Shown piece after piece: positions 27,175 to 36,320 of a stretch of 64,000 nucleotides of DNA (position 1 is the stretch's first letter; each line of letters begins with the position of its first letter). The notes under the pieces were generated by a model. The model was not told the DNA's origin and searched no databases. It saw nothing but the letters and a program-made list of their open reading frames with translations. The DNA lies in the NCBI GenBank assembly GCA_050015075.1, contig JBEKCB010000003.1:160001-224000 (forward strand). Reading direction: 5' to 3'. Source of the DNA: Candidatus Brocadiia bacterium (GTDB lineage: Bacteria; Planctomycetota; Brocadiia; CAIUPP01). Both the position numbers and the translations under genes were made by a program.

Positions 27175-27792
27175 TTAACCATATCTTGCAGGCGGCGGGA
27201 TGTCAACGCGGTTGCGCACCCTCGGGCAGGCCCGCAGGGCGGCGGCGAGGGCGGCGGCGGCTCGGCGGGCGGCTTGCTTCACCGGGGCGGAAAGCGGCCG
27301 GCCGTATTCGTGCGATTTCGGCTGAATGCCGAGGATCAGGACTTCGCACGGGAACGATTGCTGGAGATACTGGACGAGGACGTTGACGGGCATGTTGTGG
27401 GTCGAGATCGAACTGCCGCCGCGCAGGAGGCCGTGTTGAACCAGGGTGATGCTGCCGGGCTTTTTCCGGGCGACGTCGGCGGCGTCGAGGATGACGAGGT
27501 GCGTGGGGCGGAATTTCTTGATCTCGCCGGTGAGGTTTTCCGGAGCGGTCTCGCCCAGGAAAATGCGGAGCGACTTACGGATGGACGATGGACGATGGAC
27601 GATGGACAGTGTCGCGCAAGCGCGACAGGATTGAACGGCTTTTTTGCGCGCTTTCGCCCTGATGCGGCGCAGCTCTTCGGCGGCCTGGAGGCCTGCGGCG
27701 TCATCGCCTCTGAGCGACGAGCCGATGGCGAGGACGGCGACGCGGCGCGCGTCTTTGAGGTTCCGGCGGACGGCGGTCTTCAGCGATTCCAT
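27175..27792 (-). CDS. hycI: Hydrogenase maturation endopeptidase (HycI-like)
   Basis: VLAIGSSLRGDDAAG, ETAPEN, ILDAA, STHNMP, ILGIQP. Confidence 0.88.
   Translation of the reverse strand: MESLKTAVRRNLKDARRVAVLAIGSSLRGDDAAGLQAAEELRRIRAKARKKAVQSCRACATLSIVHRPSSIRKSLRIFLGETAPENLTGEIKKFRPTHLVILDAADVARKKPGSITLVQHGLLRGGSSISTHNMPVNVLVQYLQQSFPCEVLILGIQPKSHEYGRPLSAPVKQAARRAAAALAAALRACPRVRNRVDIPPPARYG
27580..27607. repeat. (GATGGAC)4 heptamer array inside hycI
   Basis: Four exact copies; same unit as at 38434-38500 and 39236-39250. Confidence 0.9.
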
Positions 27793-27848
27793 GAGCGGCC
27801 CCTGCGCTTTTCCACGCGCGAAGCGCAAAATGCTTCACTTCGCGCTCT

Positions 27849-28241
27849 TCACTTTTCAGGCTTCTTCGGCTCCGGCTCGGGACCCGGCGCGGGCTGGATG
27901 ACGATTCGGAGTTTGCCGCGGCTGAGCTGCGCCAGCTCGAAGTCGCCCGTCAGCCGCAGCGTGTCCTTGGGACATGAATCCACGCATTGCCCGCAGGCGA
28001 TGCACTTGGCGATGTCAATGTGCGCCTCGAACTTCTTGTCGCCGACCTTGACGATCTCGATCGCGGCGGCCGGGCAGTCGCGCATGCACAGCTTGCAGCC
28101 GATGCACTTGGCCGGGTCGAAGGCCAGCTTGCCGCGGAAGTCCGCCGGCATCGTGACCTTGACGTGCGGATAGCGGACCGTGGCGGGCTTTCTCCCGACC
28201 GACCGCAGCACTTCCTGGAGCATCTTCCCCGCCTTCGTCAT
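27849..28241 (-). CDS. Hydrogenase 2x[4Fe-4S] subunit (EchF/HycF/NuoI-like)
   Basis: PATVRYP, FRG, CIGCKLCMRDCP, CIACGQCVDSCP. Confidence 0.9.
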   Translation of the reverse strand: MTKAGKMLQEVLRSVGRKPATVRYPHVKVTMPADFRGKLAFDPAKCIGCKLCMRDCPAAAIEIVKVGDKKFEAHIDIAKCIACGQCVDSCPKDTLRLTGDFELAQLSRGKLRIVIQPAPGPEPEPKKPEK

Positions 28242-29203
28242 GGGCCGACCGGTCCTTTCATCAGTCCTTTCGCCGCCAGGTCAATGAGCAACTGGAGGAA
28301 CGCGACCGGGGCGACGTAGCGCCAGCAGAAGGTGACCATCTGGTCTATGCGCAGCCGCGCGAAGACGCTGCGGAGGAGCGAGATGAGGCAGACGATCGCG
28401 AAGACCTTGACCAGGTACAGCCCGAACCCGACCTCCGGCCCCAGGTTCAGCCCGAACGGCAGGTAGACCGCCGCGAGCAGCGAGCCGCCGACGATCATCT
28501 CGACGCTGATCGCCATCCGGAAGATCGCCAGCAGCTTGCCGCTGTACTCGGTCAGCGTGCCGGCGACGATCTCCGTCTCGGCCTCCGGCGCGTCGAAGGG
28601 CACGCGCTCGAGCTTGCCCAGGAGCGCCAGCAGGCCGACCGCCAGCCCGATGACGTTGAAGAGCATGTGCAGCGGGTGCGCGGCGTAATACTTCGTCAGC
28701 TCGCTGAGCGACCAGGTGTCGGCCAGCAGCGCCGGCGCCAGGATGCTCAGGACGAGCGGGACCTCGTAGGCGAAGAGCTGCGTGATCGCGCGCGCCGCGC
28801 CGATCATGGAAAAGAGCGACCGCGAATACCACCCGCCGAGGAAGAACGCGACGGTCGGGATGCTCAGCAGGTAGAGGACCACGATCGCGTCGCCCTTGAA
28901 CGCGTAGAGCGCCGAGGACTTCCAGATGGGGATGTACATCAGCGCGGTGACGACCGAGGTCAGCGCGACGAGCGGCGCGATGGCGAACATGGGCCGGTCC
29001 ACGAGTTCCGGGACGAGGTTCTCCTTGGCCATGAGCTTGATGAAGTCGGCCCAGGGCTGGAACCACGGCGGCCCGACGCGGTTCTGCAGCCGGGCGCAGA
29101 CCTTGCGGTCCACGTATTCCGCGAACAGCGCCATCGTGGCGAGGAAGAGCAAGCCGGGGAAAATCAGGATGTGGAACAGGACGCCGGCCAGGGTGTGCTC
29201 CAT
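28238..29203 (-). CDS. Hydrogenase membrane subunit (EchB/HycD/NuoH-like)
   Basis: DRKVCARLQNRVGPP, DFIKL, PFDAPEAETEIVAG...EYSG, RLRIDQ. Confidence 0.92.
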   Translation of the reverse strand: MEHTLAGVLFHILIFPGLLFLATMALFAEYVDRKVCARLQNRVGPPWFQPWADFIKLMAKENLVPELVDRPMFAIAPLVALTSVVTALMYIPIWKSSALYAFKGDAIVVLYLLSIPTVAFFLGGWYSRSLFSMIGAARAITQLFAYEVPLVLSILAPALLADTWSLSELTKYYAAHPLHMLFNVIGLAVGLLALLGKLERVPFDAPEAETEIVAGTLTEYSGKLLAIFRMAISVEMIVGGSLLAAVYLPFGLNLGPEVGFGLYLVKVFAIVCLISLLRSVFARLRIDQMVTFCWRYVAPVAFLQLLIDLAAKGLMKGPVGP

Positions 29204-30429
29204 TATCGGTTCTCTCCCGCGCGGAAGTTGCGGTTCAAGGCCGAGAAGTCCACGCCGCGCTTGCGGTGCCACTCGATGCCGTACTCGCGCAACTGGCCCC
29301 AGGTCATGACGCCGTCGCGGGCGGATCCGGCGACTTCGATCAGCCGGTCGGTGCAGGAGAAGCACGGGTCAATCGCGGCGACGACGATCGGCAGGTCGGC
29401 CAGGTAGCCGTCCTTGAGCATGTGGGCGACGGCCTGGACGTTCGCGAGCGTGGGCGCGCGGACTTTCACGCGCTCGGGCTTCTCCGTGCCGTTGGACTTG
29501 ACGTAATGCGCGTCCTCGCCGCGCGGCGCCTCGTAGCGGACGAACGCCTCGGCGGCGGGGACTTTGCGCGGCGCCTTGACGGCGATGGGGCCTTCAGGCA
29601 GGTTCTCGATGAGTTGCCGGATGAGGCGGTAGCATTCCATCAGCTCGCCGCAGCGGACGAGCGTGCGGCCGTACACGTCGTTATGGTTGTCGGTGATGAC
29701 GTTGACGGGGACCTCGGCGTACGCGGCGTACGGATCGTCCTTGCGGCAGTCGCGCGGCACGCTGGAGGCACGCGCGGTCGGGCCGACGGCGCCGAGCCGC
29801 ACCGCGTCGTCGTGCGAGAGCGCGCCGACGCCGGAGAGCCGCTTGGCCAGCGTCACCTCTTCGGTCGCGACGGTGATGTAGTACTTCGTCCGCTCCTCGA
29901 GCACCTTGACGCCCTCGAGGATCTTCAGCTTCTGCTCGGAGCTGACGTCGCGCCGGACGCCGCCGATGGTGTTGATGCCGTAGTTGACGCGGTTGCCGGT
30001 GAGCATGGCGAGCAGGTCCATCACCACCTCGCGGTCGCGCCAGGTGTACATCAGCAGCGTGTCGAAGCCGACCTCGTGGCCGGCGACGCCGAGCCAGAGC
30101 AGGTGGCTGTGGACGCGCTCGAGCTCGCCGACGAGGCTGCGGATGTAGTTCGCGCGGCGGGGGACTTCGAGCTGCGCGCATTCCTCGACGGCCATGGCAA
30201 AGGCGGTGGCGTGCGAGTGCGAGCAGATGCCGCAGATGCGCTCGACGAGGTAGAGGTCCTGAATGTACGTGCGCGCCTCGCAGGCCTTCTCGATCCCGCG
30301 GTGGTTGTAGCCGAGCCGGATGCCGGCCTTCATGATCTTCTCGCCGCTGAGGGTGAGCATGAAGCTCGTCGGCTCTTTGAGCGCCGGGTGTTGCGGCCCG
30401 ATGGGCACTTGCAGATTCGCATCAGGCAT
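29203..30429 (-). CDS. Group 4 [NiFe]-hydrogenase large subunit
   Basis: GPQHP, HRGIEK, L1 ERICGICSHSH, EAPRGE, L2 DPCFSCTDR plus C-terminal extension. Confidence 0.95.
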   Translation of the reverse strand: MPDANLQVPIGPQHPALKEPTSFMLTLSGEKIMKAGIRLGYNHRGIEKACEARTYIQDLYLVERICGICSHSHATAFAMAVEECAQLEVPRRANYIRSLVGELERVHSHLLWLGVAGHEVGFDTLLMYTWRDREVVMDLLAMLTGNRVNYGINTIGGVRRDVSSEQKLKILEGVKVLEERTKYYITVATEEVTLAKRLSGVGALSHDDAVRLGAVGPTARASSVPRDCRKDDPYAAYAEVPVNVITDNHNDVYGRTLVRCGELMECYRLIRQLIENLPEGPIAVKAPRKVPAAEAFVRYEAPRGEDAHYVKSNGTEKPERVKVRAPTLANVQAVAHMLKDGYLADLPIVVAAIDPCFSCTDRLIEVAGSARDGVMTWGQLREYGIEWHRKRGVDFSALNRNFRAGENR

Positions 30430-30443
30430 GGTCCACCTCCATT

Positions 30444-30532
30444 CAGCCGCGTTCGCGCGAAGGCTCGAAAGACCCGAAGTCCGGGACGGTCACATCCGTC
30501 CCCCTCTTTCGCGGGTTCGCGTTTGCGCGGCT
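30444..30532. repeat. Imperfect GC-rich palindrome upstream of the hydrogenase large subunit
   Basis: agccgcgttcgcgcgaaggctcgaaag...ctttcgcgggttcgcgtttgcgcggct. Confidence 0.6.
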
Positions 30533-30533
30533 A

Positions 30534-30579
30534 GTGTTTAGTTGCGTAAATTGGCGTACCAATTTACGCAACTAAACAC
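30534..30579. repeat. Perfect 21-bp AT-rich inverted repeat
   Basis: GTGTTTAGTTGCGTAAATTGG-cgta-CCAATTTACGCAACTAAACAC. Confidence 0.95.
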
Positions 30580-30678
30580 GGCCCAACGGAACGCATAACT
30601 CGCTATAACGACGCGGTTTATTGCGGTCATGCTTCTTTGCGGAAATAGGACGCCTATTTCCGCAAGGAAGCACTACCG

Positions 30679-31173
30679 TCAATCTCTCTTTCGCGGGGCG
30701 CCCGGAAGGCTCTCCGCCGTCCAGTCTTTGCGCAGCGGGTGCTGGCCCGCCGGCCAGTTATCCGGCAGCGGATACCGCGGGCCTTCCGGCAGGCCCTGCA
30801 CCTGGAAGCCCAGCAGGTCCACCAGTTCGCGTTCGTAAGCTGCGGCGGCCGGGAATCGGGCCGTGACGCTCTGCAGGACCGGCTTGTCCTTGGGCAGAGC
30901 GGTGGCCAGGTTCAGGACGACGCCGCTGGGCCGCGCCAGGTGATAGATGACGCCGAGCGTGGCGCCCAGGTCGAGCCCGGTCATCGCGCAGAGGATCGTG
31001 AACTGCATCCGATCCTGAAGGTGGCCCAGGACCTCGGCGGCCTGGTCGGCGGGCGCTTCGGCGAACATCCGCCGCGCGCGCGCAATGCGGATCTTGGCGT
31101 CCAGGAATGGAAATTTCCCGGCGAGTTCGGCCTGAATCGCCTTCTCTTCCGTCATGGCATTTTCACCGGACAT
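30679..31173 (-). CDS. Hydrogenase subunit (EchD/NuoC-like)
   Basis: LCAMTGLD, YEREL.DLLG, WPAGQHPLRKD. Confidence 0.88.
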   Translation of the reverse strand: MSGENAMTEEKAIQAELAGKFPFLDAKIRIARARRMFAEAPADQAAEVLGHLQDRMQFTILCAMTGLDLGATLGVIYHLARPSGVVLNLATALPKDKPVLQSVTARFPAAAAYERELVDLLGFQVQGLPEGPRYPLPDNWPAGQHPLRKDWTAESLPGAPRKRD

Positions 31174-31193
31174 GGCCGCCCCGATTCATGATA

Positions 31194-31625
31194 TCACTGT
31201 TCCAGGCTCTTGAGCAACTTCACGACGCCGTCAATGATCGCCGGCGGGCTGGCCGGGCAGCCGGGAATGTAGGCGCTGACCGGCAGCACGGCGTCGATTC
31301 CCTGCATGACATTGTAGCAGCCCTGGAAAACGCCGCCGGAGCAGGCGCAGGTGCCGCAGGCGACGACGAATTTCGGCTCGGCCATCTGCTCGTAGATGCG
31401 GACGATCCGGTCCTGGATCTGCCGCGTCACCGGCCCGGAGCAGACGAGCACGTCGGCATGCCGCGGCGTGGCCTTGAGCTGGATGCCGAAGCGCTCGATG
31501 TCGTACCTCGGCGTCAGCGCCGCGATGATCTCGATGTCGCAGGCGTTGCACGCGCCGGAGTTGAAATGGAGGATCCACGGCGACTTGATCCTCGCCCAGG
31601 TCACTACGCGCTGAAGCACAGGCAT
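31194..31625 (-). CDS. Group 4 hydrogenase small subunit (EchC/NuoB-like)
   Basis: SPW, GACNACDIE, DIERFG, PRHAD, GTCACSGG, YIPGCP. Confidence 0.93.
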   Translation of the reverse strand: MPVLQRVVTWARIKSPWILHFNSGACNACDIEIIAALTPRYDIERFGIQLKATPRHADVLVCSGPVTRQIQDRIVRIYEQMAEPKFVVACGTCACSGGVFQGCYNVMQGIDAVLPVSAYIPGCPASPPAIIDGVVKLLKSLEQ

Positions 31626-31629
31626 TCGA

Positions 31630-31962
31630 TCACCTTCTGTACAAGACCGAGAGTCCGACGAACCCGCCGAGGACATAGATCAGTGCGATGCACAGCGTCG
31701 CGAGGGTGCCCACCTGCATGGTGGTGGTCATCAGCGCGATGACGTGGAGGATCGTGAAGAAAAAAGCGAACGGGAAGAACTGGCTGTAGTCCGGCTGGAC
31801 TTTCTGGTCGGGCGTCTCCTCGCCGCAGGCGTACGGCTTGGCGCCGGCGCCGATCCGGCCTTTGCGCAGGGCCAGGCCCGAGAGGACGCCGAAGAAGCAG
31901 ACCCCCGCGGCCAGGATGATGAGGAACGCGGCCGGCGGGCTCAGCAGCCAGGACCAGTTCAT
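31630..31962 (-). CDS. NuoA-like small membrane subunit
   Basis: KPYACGE loop, FPFAFFFTILHV, 3 TMs. Confidence 0.8.
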   Translation of the reverse strand: MNWSWLLSPPAAFLIILAAGVCFFGVLSGLALRKGRIGAGAKPYACGEETPDQKVQPDYSQFFPFAFFFTILHVIALMTTTMQVGTLATLCIALIYVLGGFVGLSVLYRR

Positions 31963-31966
31963 GAGA

Positions 31967-32287
31967 TCACCCTTTCAGTTCGCGCAGATGGGCCACGTCG
32001 AGCGAGTCGGTGTGCTTGTAAACGCACAGGATGATGGCCACCGCCACCACGACGACGGCGACCTCGATGACGATCAGCGTGATGGCCAGCGCCTGCGCCA
32101 GCCCGTACTGCCCGGTGGCGTAGCCGCTGGCGACCAGCGCGAGCGTGGTCGCCTTGGAGAGGATCTCCAGCGCGATCACCATCCGCACCAGGTTCCGCGT
32201 CGTCAGCAGGCTGTAAAAGCCGACGATCAGCAGCAGGACGATGCCCATGCCGCACAGCAGCACCAGGCGAGCCACGGGGTCAGGCAT
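31967..32287 (-). CDS. NuoK/MnhC-like membrane subunit
   Basis: RNLVRMVIALE, QALAITLIVIE, LRELKG. Confidence 0.85.
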   Translation of the reverse strand: MPDPVARLVLLCGMGIVLLLIVGFYSLLTTRNLVRMVIALEILSKATTLALVASGYATGQYGLAQALAITLIVIEVAVVVVAVAIILCVYKHTDSLDVAHLRELKG

Positions 32288-32328
32288 GCGTTCATCCTAT
32301 CGCATCACGTGAAATACGGGCGACTCAT

Positions 32329-32829
32329 TCACTTTGCGTCGCGCTTTTCCCGCACCAGCACCACCACCGCCAGCGCGCCGCCGAGCAGGATGACAATCTG
32401 CCCGAGCAGGTCCATGTGGCGCAGCGCCCAGAGCGTGGTGCGCACGTCTTCCTCCTTCGGCGGCGGCGGAAGGATCGCCGGGAAATCGAGCGACACGTTC
32501 AGCCGGCTCAGCAGGATGGCCGCCACGATCACGAGGATGGGCAGCGGCCAGTATTGCTTGAGTTTCTGTTTCTTGCGCGCGATCAACTGCTCCGCGTCGA
32601 GACGCTGCGTCAGGCTGATCGTGGTGATCAGGATGGCCGGGATGAGGCCGGCGCAGACGGACAGCTCGAACACGCCGGCGATCGGCGAATTCAGCCGGAA
32701 CATGAGCGCGGTGATGAGCACGCTCGTCACGGCCAGCGCCACCACCGCCCGCAACAGCCGCGCCGTCATCACCGTCCAGAGCGCGGCCGCCACCAGCGCG
32801 GCGATCAGCATCACGTCCACTCTGTGCAT
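32329..32829 (-). CDS. NuoJ/MnhB-like membrane subunit
   Basis: AGVFELSVCAGLI, LWALRHMDLLGQ. Confidence 0.8.
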   Translation of the reverse strand: MHRVDVMLIAALVAAALWTVMTARLLRAVVALAVTSVLITALMFRLNSPIAGVFELSVCAGLIPAILITTISLTQRLDAEQLIARKKQKLKQYWPLPILVIVAAILLSRLNVSLDFPAILPPPPKEEDVRTTLWALRHMDLLGQIVILLGGALAVVVLVREKRDAK

Positions 32830-32853
32830 CGTTCTCGTCGTCCTTGTCCGTGC

Positions 32854-34365
32854 CTACGGCGCAACCCGCGCCTGGAGCAGGAACGTGTGGTACAGCAATG
32901 GAAACAGCACGCCCGCGCCGACGGTCACGCCGGCGAGCGCCATCGAGGCGATCACCAGGCCGGCGCTCGCCTCGCGCGTTTCCTCGAGCCCTTCGCGCAC
33001 TTTGCCGAAGAACACCTTGCGCTGCATGATCAGTAGATAGGCCAGCGTCACCACGCTCATCAGCACGGCGAGGATCGCGTAAACGCCGTGGCCCGCCTGC
33101 CAGAGCGCCAGGATGATCAGCAGCTTGCTCCAGAATCCCGCCAGCGGCGGCACGCCCGCCGCCGAGAGCAGGCCGACGACGGAGGTCGTCGCCGTGACCG
33201 GCATCCGCCCGCCCAGTCCGCCGAGCCGCTCCATGTCCGTGGTCTTGAGCCGCTGCTCGACGGCGGCGGAGTTGACGAAGAGGAGCGACTTGAAGGTGGC
33301 ATGGTTGAACAGGTGGAACACCGCGCCGACGACCGCCAGCGGCGTGCCGCAGCCGAGAGCCAGGACGATGTAGCCGACCTGGCTGATGGATGACCACGCC
33401 AGCAGGCGTTTCATGTCGGTCTGCGCGATCGCCGCGAACGCGCCGACGACGATCGAGACCATGCCCACCAGCAGCATCACCGCGCTGAACGAGGCGCTCC
33501 CGGCGAAGAGGTCCGAGGCCCACGCGAGCCGGGCGACCGGCAGCGCCGGCGGCGCCGCCGAGTACGCGCCGATCAGCCCCAGCCGGATCAAGCCGTAGAT
33601 GCCCGAGATCTTCGTCGCCGCCCCGGCGAGCAGCACCGAGACCGGCGCGGGCGCCGCCGAGTACGCGCCGGGCACCCAGCCGTGGAACGGCACCAGCCCG
33701 CCCTTGATGAACAGGCCGCAGATGAACGCGCCCAGGGCGATCCGCACCAGCGGGTTTGCCCCCGGCGCGCAGACGGCTTTGTGGATCACCTCGAACGACG
33801 CGCTGTGCGCCGCCAGGACGAAGAGCGCGATCGCCGTCAGCATCAGCACCGTCGCCACGGCGGACATGATGATGTACTTGAAGGCGCCCTCGAGCCCGTG
33901 CCGGTCGCGGTTGAACGCGATCAGCAGGAACGAGGCCACCGCCGTGATCTCCAGGAAGACGTACAGGCTGAACAGGTCGCTGACGAGCACCGCGCCGTTC
34001 ATGCCGATCAGCGACACGAGCAGCACGTTCATGAAGTAGAACCGCTGCTTCTCGTCGGCCATCATCGCGTGGCCGACCAGGGCCGTGACGAAGATCACCA
34101 TGCCGGCGCAGAGCAGCAGCACGAAGCTCAGCTCGTCGGCCATCAGGTTGAGGCCGAGGAACTGCCCGCCCGCGCCCGCGCGCACCAGGTCGGGCCGGAA
34201 CACCAGCACCGCCGCCTGCGCGGCCGTCAGGAGCAGGACCAGCCCATAAGCGAGGCCCGTCCGCTGCCCCCGGATCGGCAGGTTCAGCAGGATCAATGCC
34301 GCCAGCGGCGCCAGGACCAGGACCGAAAGCACCGTTGCACTCCTATTGACGTGTACCCGAAACAA
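32854..34365 (-). CDS. Proton-conducting antiporter-like subunit (MnhD/NuoN-like)
   Basis: DLFSLYVFLEI, KGGLVPFHGW, KRLLAWSSISQVG, HATFKSLLF, PPLAGFWSK; start uncertain. Confidence 0.9.
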   Translation of the reverse strand: MFRVHVNRSATVLSVLVLAPLAALILLNLPIRGQRTGLAYGLVLLLTAAQAAVLVFRPDLVRAGAGGQFLGLNLMADELSFVLLLCAGMVIFVTALVGHAMMADEKQRFYFMNVLLVSLIGMNGAVLVSDLFSLYVFLEITAVASFLLIAFNRDRHGLEGAFKYIIMSAVATVLMLTAIALFVLAAHSASFEVIHKAVCAPGANPLVRIALGAFICGLFIKGGLVPFHGWVPGAYSAAPAPVSVLLAGAATKISGIYGLIRLGLIGAYSAAPPALPVARLAWASDLFAGSASFSAVMLLVGMVSIVVGAFAAIAQTDMKRLLAWSSISQVGYIVLALGCGTPLAVVGAVFHLFNHATFKSLLFVNSAAVEQRLKTTDMERLGGLGGRMPVTATTSVVGLLSAAGVPPLAGFWSKLLIILALWQAGHGVYAILAVLMSVVTLAYLLIMQRKVFFGKVREGLEETREASAGLVIASMALAGVTVGAGVLFPLLYHTFLLQARVAP

Positions 34366-34420
34366 CGCACATACGTCCAGCGCGCTTCATGTCGCGCGCA
34401 GTACGCTGCGCGCCCTGGCT

Positions 34421-34477
34421 GCTTGTAGTGTGCCCGTCAGGGCATACGAAGCAGCGCCTGACGGCGCCACTACAAGC
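34421..34477. repeat. GTAG-type REP doublet, copy 2 (inside hydrogenase operon)
   Basis: gcttgtagtgtgcccgtcagggcatacgaagcagcgcctgacggcgccactacaagc. Confidence 0.9.
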
Positions 34478-34492
34478 GACACCATTTTCCGC

Positions 34493-36319
34493 TCAGACGC
34501 ACCAGACGACGAACGCGATGACGGCCGCAGCGCCGCCGAGCGCCCAGAGGACGTAGAGCGACGCGTTGCCGGTGTGGACGGCGCGAATGCTCCAGCCCAG
34601 CCCGCGCGCCGCGCCCACGGCCAGCCGGTCATAGACCCAGTCCAGCCCGCGGTCGCAGGCCCAGCCGATCGCCGAGATCACGCCGAGCAGTTTCATTCCC
34701 AGATCGTACGGGTCGAAGTATCGCTTCTCGGCGCCGTCATAGACGCTGCACAGCCCGGGCGCGTTGCGGATGTGGTCCACGGCGTGCAGTCCGCCGCCGT
34801 GCGCCTTCGCGCCGAGCAGGTGATGGACCAGCGCGGCCGCCAGCGCGAGCACCGCCAGCCCGGCCAGCAGCGGGTGGAACTGCATGCCGGCGAAAGGCTC
34901 CGGCCCGGCCAGCGGCGTGATCTGGCCGAGGTGGTTGACCGGCAGCGCGTTCCACACGCCGAAGAGCACGCACAGCGCCGCGATCACGATCATCGGGGCG
35001 AGCATGGAGACCGGCGCCTCGCGGACCGAATCGTGGCTCGGGTCCCGCTTGCCGAAATAGGCCGCGTGGCCGAGCTTGAGGAAGGAGGCCGCGGTGAGGA
35101 ACGTGCCGAGGAGCGCCGCGAGATAGAAGACGACGTGCCGCTCCTTCGCGGCGTCGTAGATCAGCTCCTTCGAGAAGAACCCGTTGAACGGCGGGCAGCC
35201 GGAGATGGAGAGCGCGAAGACCAGGTAGCAGGCGAACGTCACCGGCATCCGCGACGCCAGCCCGCCGAGCTTCGAGAGGTCCGTCGTGCCGGTCTGCTTC
35301 TCCACCGAGCCGGCCGTCATGAACAGGCCGCTTTTGTACAGCGCATTGTTCAGCATGTGGAACAGCCCGCCGATGACGCCGGCCGGCAGCGCCGTCCCGA
35401 GGCCCAGGATCATGTAACCGACCTGGCTGATCGCGTGATACGAGAGCAGCCGCTTGTAGTTCTTCTGCACCAGGGCCATCATCACGGCGATCAGCAAGCC
35501 CGCCGAGCCGAGGATCATCAGCGCCGGGCTCAGCCAGGTGTGCTCGATCGGGAACAGGTCCAGCGTAATCCGCGCGAGCATGTAGATGCCGAGCAGTTTC
35601 TCGAGGCTCGCCGGCAGGAACGCCATGAACGGCAGCGGCGCGTCCACCGCCGCGTCGGGAATCCACGTGTGAAACGGGACCGACCCGGCCTTGGAGACCG
35701 CGCCGATCGCGAGGAGGGCGGCGGCCAGGCAGCCCATCGCGCTTATCGGCAGCCGGGCCTGGTGCATCACCAGCGAACTCTGCCAGCCGGTCAGCGCGAT
35801 GCCGAACAGCATGCACAGGTCCGTGATCCCGACGATGATGAACATCTTCGTCGCGGTCTTGAACGCTCCCGGCGAGCCGAGCGCGATCATGCCGAACGTC
35901 GTGCCGAGCAGCCCTTCCCAGAAGAAGAGCAGCACCACCAGGTGGTCGGCCAGCACGATGCCGTTGGCCATCGCCAGCGAGATGAGCAGGTACGCGTAGA
36001 AGAGCGCCGGCCGGCTCCGGTCGCGCATAAACTTCCAGCAGTAGAGCGTGACCAGGAACGAGAAGAACGCCACCGCGAGCAGGAAGAACGCGCTGAACCG
36101 GTACAGCCGCAGCGTGAACGTCAGCCCCGCGCACCAGGCGAAGGAACAGGAGACGGTCTCGCCGAAGAGGTCGCAGGCGAGGACCAGGTTGCCCAGCGCG
36201 GCGAGCAGTGCGACCGCCTCGCGCAGGTACGGGACGCGCTTCGGCATCGCCAGCACCAGCAGCGCGCCGGCCAGCGGCAGGAAGATCGGCCAGAAGAGGA
36301 TGGGCATCCAATCGGTCAT
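34493..36319 (-). CDS. Proton-conducting antiporter-like subunit (NuoL/MnhA-like, with C-terminal extension)
   Basis: FFWEG, KAGSVPFHTWIPDA, KRLLSYHAISQ, PPFNGFFSKE, HTGN..LY. Confidence 0.92.
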   Translation of the reverse strand: MTDWMPILFWPIFLPLAGALLVLAMPKRVPYLREAVALLAALGNLVLACDLFGETVSCSFAWCAGLTFTLRLYRFSAFFLLAVAFFSFLVTLYCWKFMRDRSRPALFYAYLLISLAMANGIVLADHLVVLLFFWEGLLGTTFGMIALGSPGAFKTATKMFIIVGITDLCMLFGIALTGWQSSLVMHQARLPISAMGCLAAALLAIGAVSKAGSVPFHTWIPDAAVDAPLPFMAFLPASLEKLLGIYMLARITLDLFPIEHTWLSPALMILGSAGLLIAVMMALVQKNYKRLLSYHAISQVGYMILGLGTALPAGVIGGLFHMLNNALYKSGLFMTAGSVEKQTGTTDLSKLGGLASRMPVTFACYLVFALSISGCPPFNGFFSKELIYDAAKERHVVFYLAALLGTFLTAASFLKLGHAAYFGKRDPSHDSVREAPVSMLAPMIVIAALCVLFGVWNALPVNHLGQITPLAGPEPFAGMQFHPLLAGLAVLALAAALVHHLLGAKAHGGGLHAVDHIRNAPGLCSVYDGAEKRYFDPYDLGMKLLGVISAIGWACDRGLDWVYDRLAVGAARGLGWSIRAVHTGNASLYVLWALGGAAAVIAFVVWCV

Positions 36320-36320
36320 T

